A stretch of 47,140 nt of DNA, from contig DF237600.1 in the NCBI GenBank assembly GCA_000708835.1, positions 1 to 47,140 of the forward strand. Direction: 5' to 3'. The stretch comes from Klebsormidium nitens (lineage: Eukaryota; Plantae; Klebsormidiophyceae). Shown here in pieces: positions 1 to 11,833 of this stretch. Position 1 is the first letter of the stretch, and every line of letters starts with the position of its first letter. Below the pieces are notes generated by a model that had not been told where the DNA came from, did not search any database, and was given only the letters and a program-made list of their open reading frames with translations. The position numbers and the translations under genes were made by a program.

Positions 1-32
1 CCCCAAAACCCTAAAACCCTAAAATCCTAAAA
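1..32 (+). repeat. Telomeric repeat tract (CCCTAAAA)n, i.e. TTTTAGGG type
   Basis: Four 8-bp units: ccccaaaa, ccctaaaa, ccctaaaa, tcctaaaa. The C-rich strand starts at base 1, the orientation expected at a left chromosome end. TTTTAGGG is the telomere unit known from Chlamydomonas and Klebsormidiophyceae. Confidence 0.85.
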
Positions 33-409
33 CTGTTTCAGCGCTAGATACGTTTTCGATCGATCAGCTAGGAATTTGACGATCATTGCATGAGTCCAAG
101 ATACACACTGCAATAGTGCATCAACCTGGGATCGAATTAATATCACCGGCATTGGTATATGTTGTGCCGTAAGAAACAGCGACATACAAAAAGTAATATT
201 GACACTGCTTGTCGCTACGTACACTGACACTTACAGTGATTCAATGATTAGGCCTTATAATTGTGTTTTAAAACTATCCCTCAAAGGCCGATCGCAAATT
301 TTAATCCCCACATCTTGCGAATGATCTTGAAAGTTTGATCGCCGTGCACGAAATTGGAAAGCCAAGGTGGAGTCCGCCGGCCTTATACATATAAGCCGAA
401 GACATATAG

Positions 410-537
410 GGATTTGGACGATCCGGCCATCTGGTTGGGGGGTCTTCTCAAAGGATTTGGACGATCCGGCCATCTGGTTGGGGGGTCTTCTCAAAGGATT
501 TGGTCGATCCGGCCATCTGGTCGGGGGTCTTCTCAGA
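410..537. repeat. Subtelomeric 43-bp tandem repeat, 3 copies
   Basis: Unit ggatttggacgatccggccatctggttggggggtcttctcaaa starts at 410, 453 and 496. Copies 1 and 2 are identical; copy 3 has 3 substitutions and a 1-bp deletion. No spacers. Confidence 0.95.
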
Positions 538-717
538 ACTTAAAGTGCACGACAATGGAACTTTCAACATTGCGACGATACCGGCGAAATCCGATTAGGT
601 TGCGAGGGACAAGGTTCACGCGAACTGCTGTACGCTTTAGGCGGTCAACATTTTTCAGCTCGTCAACGTCAGTATGAGTCAGATTCCAAAATTCGATTCC
701 CTAAAAAGTTCTTCAAA

Positions 718-1478
718 CATAGCGTTGTAGAAGTAGCTTGCAACCCCGCCCCTAACTCCGCCCGGTTGCTTGATGGAGAAGTGGTCGGGGCATTTCAGCA
801 AGATTCGTTTGCAGGATAAGATCCATTCACAGACCGCCACCTGTCGTAGGTCGGAACTTTGGTGTTAGGGGCGGCTCGGCCCTCAAATTTGTAGGCCGAG
901 AGCTAATTTAGCTACCGGCTAGACCACCGGGCACTATTGCAGACTGTACATCGACTGGATTAATTGCCCGGTCCATAGTGTACCGCGCTGGTTCGACCGG
1001 CCTACCACTGTTGCCCAAGTTCGGAATATTCAACTGGAGTAGGTGATACCTAGGCCGGATTCGAAATGATATCATCCTCTTCAAGCAAATGTGTAAATGG
1101 TAGCAGAGTCGCGTACAACCGAATTTAAATCTACACTGACCGTAGAGGCTCACCCGTAGAAGTCGGTCGACCGTACGGGCCCGATGAAATTTCTGACATG
1201 AATGTAAAATTGGGTAGGTTCACCGCGCGACGCGTGTCCAAAATCAAATGTCGTTGCGTGCGGCGGTGTACCCGGATTTCTGTAGACATGGGCTGCGGGC
1301 AGCCATTGACACCATCGAAACTCCACCATTTGGCTGAGGTTCCGCGCGCCGTCGATACGAATATCTACGGTCATTCTACCTTATCCTGCAAACGAATCGA
1401 CTTTCCAATCTGGCAGTGATAGCTTCTGCGGCCTCCCGAGTTAGGGGCGGGGTCGCGGCGTTCTTCAACAACGCTATG
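718..1478. repeat. Degenerate long inverted repeat (foldback/MITE-like relic)
   Basis: 718-758 is an imperfect reverse complement of 1438-1478 (catagcgttg...accccgcccctaactc). 802-820 (gattcgtttgcaggataag) is a perfect 19-bp reverse complement of 1380-1398. The arms are colinear. No clear TSD. Confidence 0.75.
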
Positions 1479-1771
1479 AAGTATCGAGACTGACTTGACT
1501 TCTTTCCGCTTGCACCTTAAATCGATTCAGTCAGGCCCATCAATGATTGTTTGTTACAGCAATTGCATGACTCCAGACTGAACCGAGTGCCGTTGTCTCT
1601 GTCTGCTATCTATTGGCAAGTAAAACTCTTGCTGCTACACAGGATTGTACTGGTCGAACCTCATATAAGTTGAGCGATCTCGTTCCGAGAAGAATCCCAG
1701 ATTACATAAGCGGCTATCCAGCAGTCTACCCTCAACTTTTTTGTCACGTTCGTAGGGGAGCTGCGCCTCAC

Positions 1772-4700
1772 TCAAAGCTTGATGTATGCAAGTTCCGAGA
1801 TGGCGGGCAGGGACGCAATTTCGTTGAGGACCTCCTTGGCCGGCTCGTCGTCCACGCCGATGGCCATGACGGCCTGTTGCCGTGGCCCCGTGCGGCCGAC
1901 GCTCATGAAGGAGACGTTGATGTTGGACTTGCCGAAGATGGTCCCCACGCTCCCGATCATGCCGGGCTGGTCCTGCTGCCGGCACAGCACCACGCTGCCC
2001 TCCAGCGCGATGTCCATGTTGAAGCTGCCGATCTTGGTCAGGTACGCCACGCCGCCCTTCACCGCGCCCACCACCGTGATGTGGCCCGGCTGCCCCGTCG
2101 CGCTCGCAAACTTGGACTCCACGTTGCTGATGTCGATCTGGATGCTCTCCAGCGGCGCCCCGCTCTCGCCCTCCCCGCCGTCGGTGCTCTCCTTGACCTC
2201 GCTGATGCGCAGCCCGCGCTGCTTGGCCGTGTAGTCCGCATTCACCAGGTTGATGAACGCGCTGCTCACCGGCTCAATGAGCCCCTTAGTGATCATGGCG
2301 CGCAGCAACCGCGTGTCCAGGTCGTCCGCGCTGCGGCCCGTGCGGTACGTCACGCGCACGTCCTTCACCCCCGCGCCGCCGCTCACGAGCTGCACCGCAA
2401 TGCGGCCCAGCCGGTCCGCCAGCGACACGTACGGCTGCAGCTCCGACAGCACCTGCCACACCAAAGCCCCTAAGTTTGAGACGACCGAAAAGCCCACGCT
2501 GGCAAGCCAGGGCAGAGAGGGGAAGCAAGTGGGCGCGACCCCTTGGAATATGTAAGAACATGAAGGAACAGCCTCTGCCCAGGCCTCCAGGGCTGCTCTC
2601 AGATGTGTGGCGAAGCGCTGCGCGTTGGTGCACCCACCTCTGCTGGGACCATGGGCGCGTTGACGGCGGTGGCGGCCAGCTCGCCCTGCAGCGCACCAAT
2701 GACGGCCTCCGCAATCTCCACCGCCACACCCTCCTGTAAACGCATGCCAACAGGAGTGAGCTGAAAAGAACCACCGACGCTCCTTCACTGGCCAGCACAA
2801 CTACATTCAGGCCGTCTGCAGACATTCAGAGATGGCTCAGCCTCTGTCATTGGCCTGCTGACTGACTTTTGCTCAGCGGCGAGTGAAAGGGGCGCGGCGG
2901 CTAACCTGCGCTTCTGTGGTGCTGGCGCCCAGATGGGGGGTCACAACAACGTCGTCGCGCATGACGAGAGGGTCATCCGCAGGGGGCGGCTCCTTGGTGA
3001 ACACGTCCAGCGCAGCCTGCGCACAAGAGCGACTGAGCTCAGCCGAGGACACGCAAGCCATTTGCTCGTCAAGCTGGCCCATATCTCCAGGGCAGGGCAG
3101 GGCAGGATGTAGGCATTGTCACCGATTAAGGGCAGCACACTCGATCCTGGGCAAGCAGGGCAGTCAGCTGGCGCAAGCAAGCAGGCGCACGCTGTTCCTG
3201 CTTGCTGGCCCGGCACGCACACTGGCCTGGTGGCCCGCACCTGGGAAACGATGCCGCTGTCGAGGGCGCGCACGAGGGCAGGCTCATCAATGACGCCGCC
3301 ACGTGCAACGTTGATAATGCGCGCGCCGCGCTTCATCTTGGCAAATGTCTCGTCGTTGAACAGCTTGTCGGTGGTGGGTGTGAGCGGCATGTGCAGGCTG
3401 AAGAAGTCACCCGCGGCCAGCGCTTCATCAAAGGAGACGAGGTCCACCCCAATGGCGCGCGCGCGGTCGGCCGGGGCATACGGATCGTGCGCAATGACCT
3501 TCATGCCGAGGCCCTTGGCGCGGCGCGCGACCTCGGAGCCCACCTTGCCAAAGCCCATGACGGCCAGCGTCTTGTCCACCAGGGACACGCCCACGTACTT
3601 GTTGCGCGCCCACTTGCCTGCAGGCAACCAGGGAGGCAGGGTCACAAAAAGCGGCGTTTCAGAAATGAAGTGAACGCTGCTTCCTCCCTGATTGGCCGGC
3701 TGACTAGAACAGATGGACGCTGAGCCCCAGCGTGACCGGCAAAGCCCCATCGCGGAACAGAGTCATGTTGCCTGACCAACAGCGAGAAGGACATCAAGCA
3801 ATTAACAGGAAGAAGTGCCACATCTTCTTAAGTTGACCACGCTCCCAATCCCCGCAAGTCGGGATTTGGCTTGATTGTGGAAACATTCATCTAGCATGAC
3901 CTTGTGCCACAGTGATGTAACGAATAGATCCATTGGGAATGCTATCCATCTGCTGCAGGCCCCAATTGCCGCCTACATGGTGCCCACAGCTGCATAGGCA
4001 GGCAACAGATCTGTCCTGATGGCAGGGTGGTGGTACAAAACATTACCACCAAAACCTGGCAATCAACGAAGTAAGATCCGCCAGATCCTCGGCCAGATCT
4101 CCTCCTGGATCCTAGATCTCTGATTGGCCATTCTTGCCTTGAGTCACACCTCCTTCCACCAATGAGAGCTGCTGGGAGTGCACCGTCAGACCTGAGAGGT
4201 CACAATTGGACAGATCCCGCATGATGCGCGTGCACCCTCACCTGCCTTCATTGACGCATTGGCCTGCGCCACATTCCTGGAGAGCGCGGCCAGCAGCGCG
4301 ATGCCGTGCTCTGCGGCGGCCACCGTGTTGGCGGTGGGCGCATTGACCACGAGGCAGCCCACCTCGGTGGCGGCCTGCAGATCCACGTTGTCGATGCCCA
4401 CACCTGCGCGCCCGACCACCTTGAGGCGCCCGTTGGCGGCCTCAAACACCTCGCGCGTCACCTTGGTGGCGCTGCGCACAATCAGCGCGTCCACCAGGCT
4501 GACCTTGGCCAGCAGCTCCTCCGGCGTCAAATTGTACGCCAGATCCACGTTGGCGTACTGCCGCAGCAGCTCAATCCCCGCCTCACCCAGCTTCTCTGGC
4601 ACCAGGATGGTCGGCTTGCCCTCCACTGACCCCCCCTTCTTGGCAGCCCCACTGCTGGGTGCGGCTGCGGCACTGGCCACCGCCCCCGCGATAGAGCTGC

Positions 4701-4908
4701 CGCGGGGCTTGCGAGCGGTCTCTACTGCCTCACGGATCACCAATTGGCCAAAGAAAGCCTTGGGGAGCGCCTCAGGCCTGCATTGCATGCGAGAGAGCGG
4801 TAATGGTGCCACATTGCTGGAAGTGGAGGAGAGGGTGCTGGGGCTTTTGCAGGAGGCTGCCAAGCTGTCAACGGCAGCGAGGCGCAGGCTGGCGGCGGTC
4901 AGGGCCAT
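1772..4908 (-). CDS. PGDH: D-3-phosphoglycerate dehydrogenase, plastid type (type I with ASB and ACT domains), about 643 aa
   Basis: Exons 4908-4242, 3617-3241, 3016-2906, 2733-2638, 2452-1772; all GT-AG and frame-consistent. Motifs [36 protein letters not shown] and C-terminal ACT (DQPGMIG...NVSFMSVGR). Ser/Ala-rich N-terminal transit-like peptide. Confidence 0.95.
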
Positions 4909-5254
4909 GGTGCCTGGGAAGCAGCGCTAAATTGCGGCCTCTGGTCAGCAGAAAGGAAAGTGTACTGGGCCGAAGCGAGATCTGGGGTGACGGGTCTAGC
5001 TTGGACAATGTCGCGGCATCAAGGCTCCAGCTTTGTCCCCTCCAGGCTCCAGATCTGCACAAGTGCATGTCCTGTACCCTGTCCTGACAACAGTGTCCAG
5101 GCTGGAGTCTGACACTGAACCAGCGAAACTTTGCAGGACCTACGCAGGCTACGGCTTCAAAGTTCACTGTTCAAAGCGCCAAGTCAAGACTGGCAGTGCA
5201 GTAGAAATATCTTGCGGGGAATCTTGACAAAGTGCATCAAGGTGAATCTCTGTA

Positions 5255-5516
5255 CAGGCGGACCGCAGAACCGCCGAATAGCTGGGGGACGACCAAGAAT
5301 CGCAGCGCTGCCGTCCAGATTTTGACGTCAAAAAATGAACGCTCGAGATCTTCTGTTTATTCTCAGTTAGGCCCGGTTTGTCCGAACGCTAGTATCGGAA
5401 CCTGTCCTGCCAAACTTTGCGACCCCCTAGCTAAACTTTGCAGACTGGAGTCCTTATGTTGAGATCGGACGGTAGCGCTGCGATTCCGTCCATCGCGAAG
5501 TTCTGCGGTCCGCCTG
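5255..5516. mobile_element. Probable pogo/Tigger-like MITE (262 bp) in the PHGDH/PFK divergent promoter
   Basis: Perfect 17-bp TIR caggcggaccgcagaac (5255-5271, reverse complement at 5500-5516). Inner inverted pair 5298-5316 / 5467-5485 (19 bp, 1 mismatch). Left flank is TA; right flank is TT, so the TSD is imperfect. Confidence 0.6.
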
Positions 5517-5688
5517 TTTAGCATATCAGAGAACGACAGCTGGCGACTACAGCGTTACCGTCTGCGATGTCAAGGTTTTCTCTCGCCTCTAGTCTTCAAT
5601 AATGGTGGTGGGTAGCCCCCGCCACATGCATTCCTGAGGGGGCTTCTGATCACAGGGGTTGCAAGTTGCACCACCTGTCGTCGTGAGC

Positions 5689-8600
5689 ATGGCCGCTTCG
5701 CCCTACGCAGGCTGCCCCACACTCCCCCATCTCAGCAACGCAGCAGGCGCCTCGTGCAGCAGGTATCCAGCTAGGCTCGATCCCCCATGCACCGCTCTGG
5801 TGGGCCTTCGCGCGGCCGCCTGTAGGCCGCAATCTGATAGGCGCAGGTGCAGCTTGGCTGCAGGCAGGGTCAGCTCGTGGGCCAGCACATTGAGCGGACA
5901 GAAGCTGAGCTGGGGTGGCAGCATGCAGGCCAACAAGCCGCGCAGCAACAGGGGGGCGCGGTGCCAGGGGGATGATGATGGCTGCTACCCCGACCAGGAC
6001 GGGCCGGGCAGCACGGTGTCCCTGTGCGGGGCAGACCTGGATGACATCCCGCACCTGCGCGACTGGGTGCCCGATCTGCAGGTCAGGCCCAAAAAACCCT
6101 CTTGATTAGATTCGCGCGTCCAGTTCAACAACAAAATTCTGGGTGAAACAGCAGACAGTGAAGGCTAGATCCAAGCATTCTTGATCCGCCCTGGTGCCAC
6201 CATATCCAGTTCCTACACGCAATTGCCCGGTCTGATTGACAGGGCCGAGCTCAGCAGCCATGGCCTTCACCTTATGCACGGTTCCATTTATGCAGGAACA
6301 CGAGAACCCTCTGAAGCAACACCCGGCATACCGAACCCGCAAGTGAGCCCCGACCACAATGCACTCTCTTGCAGCAAGGAAGCAGCCAGGGATGTACCCA
6401 CCAGCCCCCTGGTCATTTGGCTTGCTGCAAGATGGGTCGGCAGACTTGGGGCCGCTGGTTTGCAGGGCTGACCCAGTGCGCACAGCTTGCTCCCAATGCT
6501 GATGAGTGGTGTTTGTGTGATGTCTTTTTGCAGCAACGATTACTTCATCAATCCCGGCGATGTGGTCACGCAGCAGGTCAGTCTGGAGCCGCGCCTTCCC
6601 CCCATGCCATGCTGCTTTGATGAACCCCACCCCTGTACTCCTTACTTGGTTGTTCTATTTCTGCCAGTTCATTGCCAGTGGTGACTAATCTGCAGCGTTG
6701 CTGGTCATGGATAAGAACGCCATCGTCCTGTAATTCCAAATCCATCTGCTGCTCTGCTTCAATGGCCAGGTCACATCTAATCAGCCTTTCCAACGTTTGC
6801 TCTCCTTAACTTTAAGCATGAATTGGATGTCTGACAGTCCAACAGCACAGTCTTTCCCCTTTTCCTTCTTGAAGTGATTGCCCTTGTAGGTGCCCTGCAT
6901 CCTCCCGCTCTGTGACTCTTGCCCTGTTAGAGACGTTGAGCGGGCCTCCCCCTCACCCCCCCTGCTTCCCGCCCTGCAGGTGGTGGTCAACATGGACCGC
7001 CCCCGTGAGCCCACACACTTTCGAAGGGCCGGCCCCCGTGAGAAGGTACGGTTCACGGATCGGTGCAAGTCTCTGGGGCAGCTCTGGACATGCCTGCTCC
7101 CTCTTGTGTGCAGACTCTTTGTGCAACGGTCGCAGGCGAGGTGCTGGGCCTTTGTAGTGAAGCAATATTTGTTTGCTGTGCGCAGGTTGTGTTTGCTGGG
7201 GAGGAGGTGCGTGCCGCAATTGTCACCTGCGGAGGGGTAAGAAAGCATTCACTGCCTAGATTTTAAACAGAGCGGATCCTGACAACGTCGCCAGGTAGTT
7301 CGAGGCTGCTTGTGTCCCGTTTTGGTTGTTTCGATAGTTCCAGAACTGGCCCGCCAGATTTGATCCACAGCTCTTGATGGGCAGCATTGTTTAACATGCC
7401 CGTACGTTTGTTTGCTGAATGTTCAGGCTCGTGTGTCGCTCTGAGCCCCCCCCTTTTGTTTGCCGCAGCTGTGCCCTGGGCTGAACACGGTGGTCCGCGA
7501 GCTGGTGTTCAGCCTGTGGCAGCAGTACCACGTGCACGACATCCTGGGCATCGACGGCGGCTACCGCGGCTTCTACGCCAAGAACACCATCCAGCTGGAC
7601 CCCAAGAAGGTGGGCGACATCCACAAGCGGGGGGGGACCTTCCTGGGCACCTCCCGCGGGGGGCACGAGACCACCAAGATCGTCAACTCCCTGGAGGACC
7701 GTGGCATCAACCAGGTGCGCACAGCAAAGGCCGCTCCGACGTGGTTCGCAAGCGACCGAAGGCGTCTGCTGGCAGTTGGGGACTCTTTGCCCAAAGCCCA
7801 AGTGTCAGTCAACGGAAAGTTTCTTCTGCACCGTCTCCTTACCTGCGTTGAGGGCATCATGGGAACGTGACTCGGCAGAAGAACACCTTAGACGAGAAGT
7901 AGAGGGCGGGCCTTCGGCTCAGGCCCTCCATCTCTTCGTTTTCCTGGTCGTCGGTCCATTCCGTGTTGCTTGCAACCCTCCAGCGACGGAGGGTAGTGAC
8001 GTGTTCAGCTGGTGTGGCAGGTGTACATCATTGGTGGTGATGGCACGCAGCGGGGGGCCCTGGCTATTCACAAGGTACGTCGCTCCCTTGCTTCCTTACA
8101 TGCTAGTGGGTCATACTGGGAGGCCCCTGTTCGATTTGCTTGCTTGCTGCTTCTCTCGTGGGCCTTGCCTGCTTGCCCTACTGCTGCGAGCCCCTCCCCT
8201 CCATATCCTGCCCGAGTCTGAGGCGGTGCGTTTGGTGGCGGTAATTGCAGGAGGTCGTGCGGCGGGGCCTCAAGGTGGCGGTTGCCGGCATTCCCAAGGT
8301 GAGCCGCATCTGCAGCCGCGGCACAGCGCAAATTGTGCGTCAACTGACCAGAGCGAGGGCTGTGGAACGGTTTACGTTTGCTTTCCTGTGAGGGGCTAGA
8401 ATGTGAAGAAGGGGAGCGCCCCTCACCCGGGTCGCCTGTGTGCAGACCATCGACAACGACATTGCGGTGATCGACAAGTCGTTTGGGTTTGACACTGCGG
8501 TGGAGGAGGCGCAGCGCGCGATCAACGCGGCGCACGTGGAGGCGGAGAGCGTGGAGAACGGGCTGGGCGTGGTGAAGCTGATGGGCCGCTACTCGGGCTA

Positions 8601-10287
8601 CATCGCCATGTACGCCACGCTCGCCAGCCGCGACGTCGACATCTGCCTCATCCCCGAGGTCCCCTTCACGCTCGAGGGCCCCGGCGGGCTGCACCGCTAC
8701 GTCGAGCGGCGGCTGCGCGAGAACGGGCACATGGTCATCGTCATCGCGGAGGGCGCGGGGCAGGAGCTGATGGCCGCCGACACGACGGGGACCGACATGT
8801 CCGGGAACAAGCTGCTCAAGGACGTCGGCCTCTGGCTCAGCCAGAACCTCAAGGTGGCCCCCCACTGGATCGAGGCAGTCGCCGTGTGTCTACTCATGTT
8901 GCGTATACAGCATATGAGTGCTGTTCTGGCGCCGCCCTCGCCGTACGAGGCTGCATATGCTCAGTAGAGCGATCATTGGCAAGTTCGGATATTGTCCAAA
9001 CTTGTTGTTGGGGCGACGGTATCTTTGACGGTTGATCTTCGTGCTAACAAGGAACTTTAAGTTTTGTTGCAGGACCATTTCACACAGCATACGAAGCAGG
9101 TGCTGAACCTCAAGTATATTGGTGAGCTGCCCTGCGCCCTTCCTTGCCTTGACAAGTTGGAGAATTCCTTTTAGACTTTCGACTGGACTCTGGCGCCGTC
9201 CTTTGGCGACTTGTCAGGGCTGGTGTCACAGCTTGTCTCTCCCCTTTCGACCCAAAATGTTGCAGCGGACTCTGGCCTCTGTGCCTGCGGCATGCTGACT
9301 GGCATGCGCGCTGCCTGCTGTGGTGCGCAGATCCGACGTACATGATTCGCGCCATCCCCAGCAACGCGTCCGACAACGTGTACTGCACCCTCCTGGCGCA
9401 CAGCGCGGTGCACGGCCTCATGGCCGGCTACACGGGCTACACCGTGGGGCCCGTCAACGGCCGCCACGCCTACATCCCCATCGAGGTGCGCACTGCGCGC
9501 ACCACCCAGCCACGAAAGTGGGCAACCGGCCGCTTGAGCGCCAGTTGAAAGCTTGGAGCGCCACGTGCCTCACTGGTTTGTTTCGTCGCCTGGCCCTTCC
9601 CCGGTGCGGAGGGTCCGCCTGCTGACGAGGCCCGCTTGCATGTGTATGTGTGCAGCGCGTGATTGCCAGCCAGAACCGCGTGAACGTGAACGACCGCATG
9701 TGGGCGCGCCTCGTGTCGTCCACGCAGCAGCCCGAGTTCACCTTCTCTGAAGCCGGGGACGACTCCTCGGCCAAGCCCACTCCCGAGCCCGCGCCCGAGC
9801 CCTCCCACGAGCCCGCCCGACGGCCCCCAGTGCCCGTGGGGCGCACTACCAACAACGGCGCTGCCGACACGAACTCGGTAAAGCGCGCTGGACGGCCCTC
9901 CGTATGCTGACCGGGGGTGAGGCCCCACCGCTGGGCACCCCCGCGTCAGCGTGCGCGCAAGCATGGATGCCGCTGCTGCAAAGACTCTGGCACATGTGAC
10001 GGACGTGGACTGGTTTGATCTGAGGGTCTTGAGCATGCCCTTGCAAGCTCTGCATGATGCTGCTGCAAAGCGGAGGTTTGGTACGGCACGGGGCTGGCCC
10101 TGCTTTGCGGGTGTCAACAGCGTGTGTTCCCGCGTTGCAGGCTCTGGTGGCGAGCATGGGGGGCGGCGGCGTGGGGGACGTGCCCCCCGCCACCACGGGC
10201 ACTGTCAGTTTTGACAACGACTACGGCGCAGCCGCGCAAGAAACAGCGGCTGCGGCCATGCTGGAAGGAGCACGCAAGGATAAGTGA
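5689..10287 (+). CDS. PFK: ATP-dependent 6-phosphofructokinase (plant group A PFK), about 642 aa
   Basis: Exons 5689-6081, 6296-6342, 6534-6576, 6980-7045, 7186-7236, 7469-7714, 8021-8074, 8251-8298, 8446-8853, 9073-9121, 9331-9485, 9656-9877 and a probable last exon 10141-10287 (otherwise stop at 9910). Motifs [64 protein letters not shown]. Confidence 0.93.
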
Positions 10288-11833
10288 CGGTCAGCGCACG
10301 AGTGCCCCCGGGCTGGTGCGGCCCTCTGGGGGTGGGGCGCAAAGACGAGGGCCGTGTCAGCGGTGGGCAGTCTGGTGGCGCTCGTGCTGGTCGCACTGGG
10401 ACCCAGGATCCTGCGGGCGCTCAAGCACTGGCTGCCGCGGTCCTGATAGGAAAGAGGCGACCCATAAGCAGCTAGCTTGTGGTTAGTAAGGGTCTTGCTT
10501 ATGACGACAGGCGCATTGGGATCTTGTGAGAGCGGGCAGTCCGCATATAAGCGTGCATAGATGTAACCAGTTTTGGAACCGCCCCTAAGGAATCATTATG
10601 TCCAGGCTCTGTTGCCTTGAAGTCAGGTTAAACATACGAAGCCCCACTAAGTGGCCTAAGCTGTGTACATACGAGAAAGGTACGCAAGATCGAGTCTTTT
10701 TGTACGGCTTCTTTGATGATAAACTTGTGTTTTGTTGATAGTGAACACACCTGACGCGACAACAGTCCAGAGTTTCTAAACGTGAAAAGCAGGCTGGCTC
10801 ACCGTCTCGAACGCTACTCAACCCGGCGAATTTGTTGGGCTGTGTTTATGCGGTTGCATCTCAAACATACAGGACGTTGAATGCCATGCCAGAAACCTAT
10901 CATAGTATGGCCGCAATTTGGTTTAGTATGGTGTGTGAAAGAAGACCATGCATGCATGAATCAAATCGGTTTACGACGATGACAATCAATTGTTTCGCTC
11001 CAAGTCCGGGATCTGCACCCCGATGGCGGCAATTATATACTGGCTTGAACGTTGAACTGGATGGACCGTGCATACCCGTAGCTTTTCAACATAGGTAAGC
11101 TTCAATACGTTTTGGCGAAACTTGCATGCTCGATCCATGTAATATATGAAATATTCGATCGCCAACTTTTTTGATTACGTTGGCGAATTATGAGCGCCAG
11201 CGTGGCCGGATTTCATCGACAGGAAATTCGCACGTGGCACATGAACACATACACCGTTACGTAAACAAGGTTTGGCCCCACTGCCATCATTCCGTCCATA
11301 TGATGCATCGAAATCTGCGTGATACTATGGCGCGCCTGCACGCACATGGGCGGGCTTGCCTGCCACAGGCAGCAAATTATGATTGTGGGCTTGACTTGCG
11401 ATTCTAGCTCAGTAGAGCTCAGCTAGATCATGCAGATCATGCTGCACTAACTCATGCAGTGACAAACTGCTGATTATTATAAGGTTCATGCAGGGCCACG
11501 GGATCCTTTTCTTAACAAGCCAGGCTCTAGTCTGTTAAGCGCCAAGCGGCTTGCTCCCCACCTTCAAAAAATGGTGCCGTTAGTGACCCCAACCTCTAGC
11601 GTTGGTGTTGAAGTGAGCTCCTCGCTAGCCAGTGACGCTCCACAATCACCCTTACTTGCCTGCACCTCTGTGCGTCTGCTCCTCGGTTGAAAGCATCTCG
11701 CACGTTAGGCTGATACAGTAAATGCAGAGCTGCATCGTGGGGGCCATAGGGAGACTGAACATTGAAAAGAGGCCAATGGTCTTGCAACGTAGTAGAGCTT
11801 CCGAGTATGTGCAAAGCAGTTCTCAAACCAAAC

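Noticed and set aside
410-537. CRISPR-like array
   Set aside because: Units are contiguous with no unique spacers, no cas genes are present, and the context is eukaryotic.
354-677. 107-aa ORF
   Set aside because: Its repetitiveness comes from the 43-bp repeat translated in shifting frames; no recognisable motif.
971-1008. tRNA-like fragments (ggtccatagtgta...ggttcga...cca)
   Set aside because: The A- and B-box-like bits are only about 8 nt apart; no cloverleaf is possible.
11404-11426. tRNA D-arm/SINE head (tagctcagtagagc)
   Set aside because: Lacks the invariant GG and has no properly spaced T-arm; explained by a small local palindrome.
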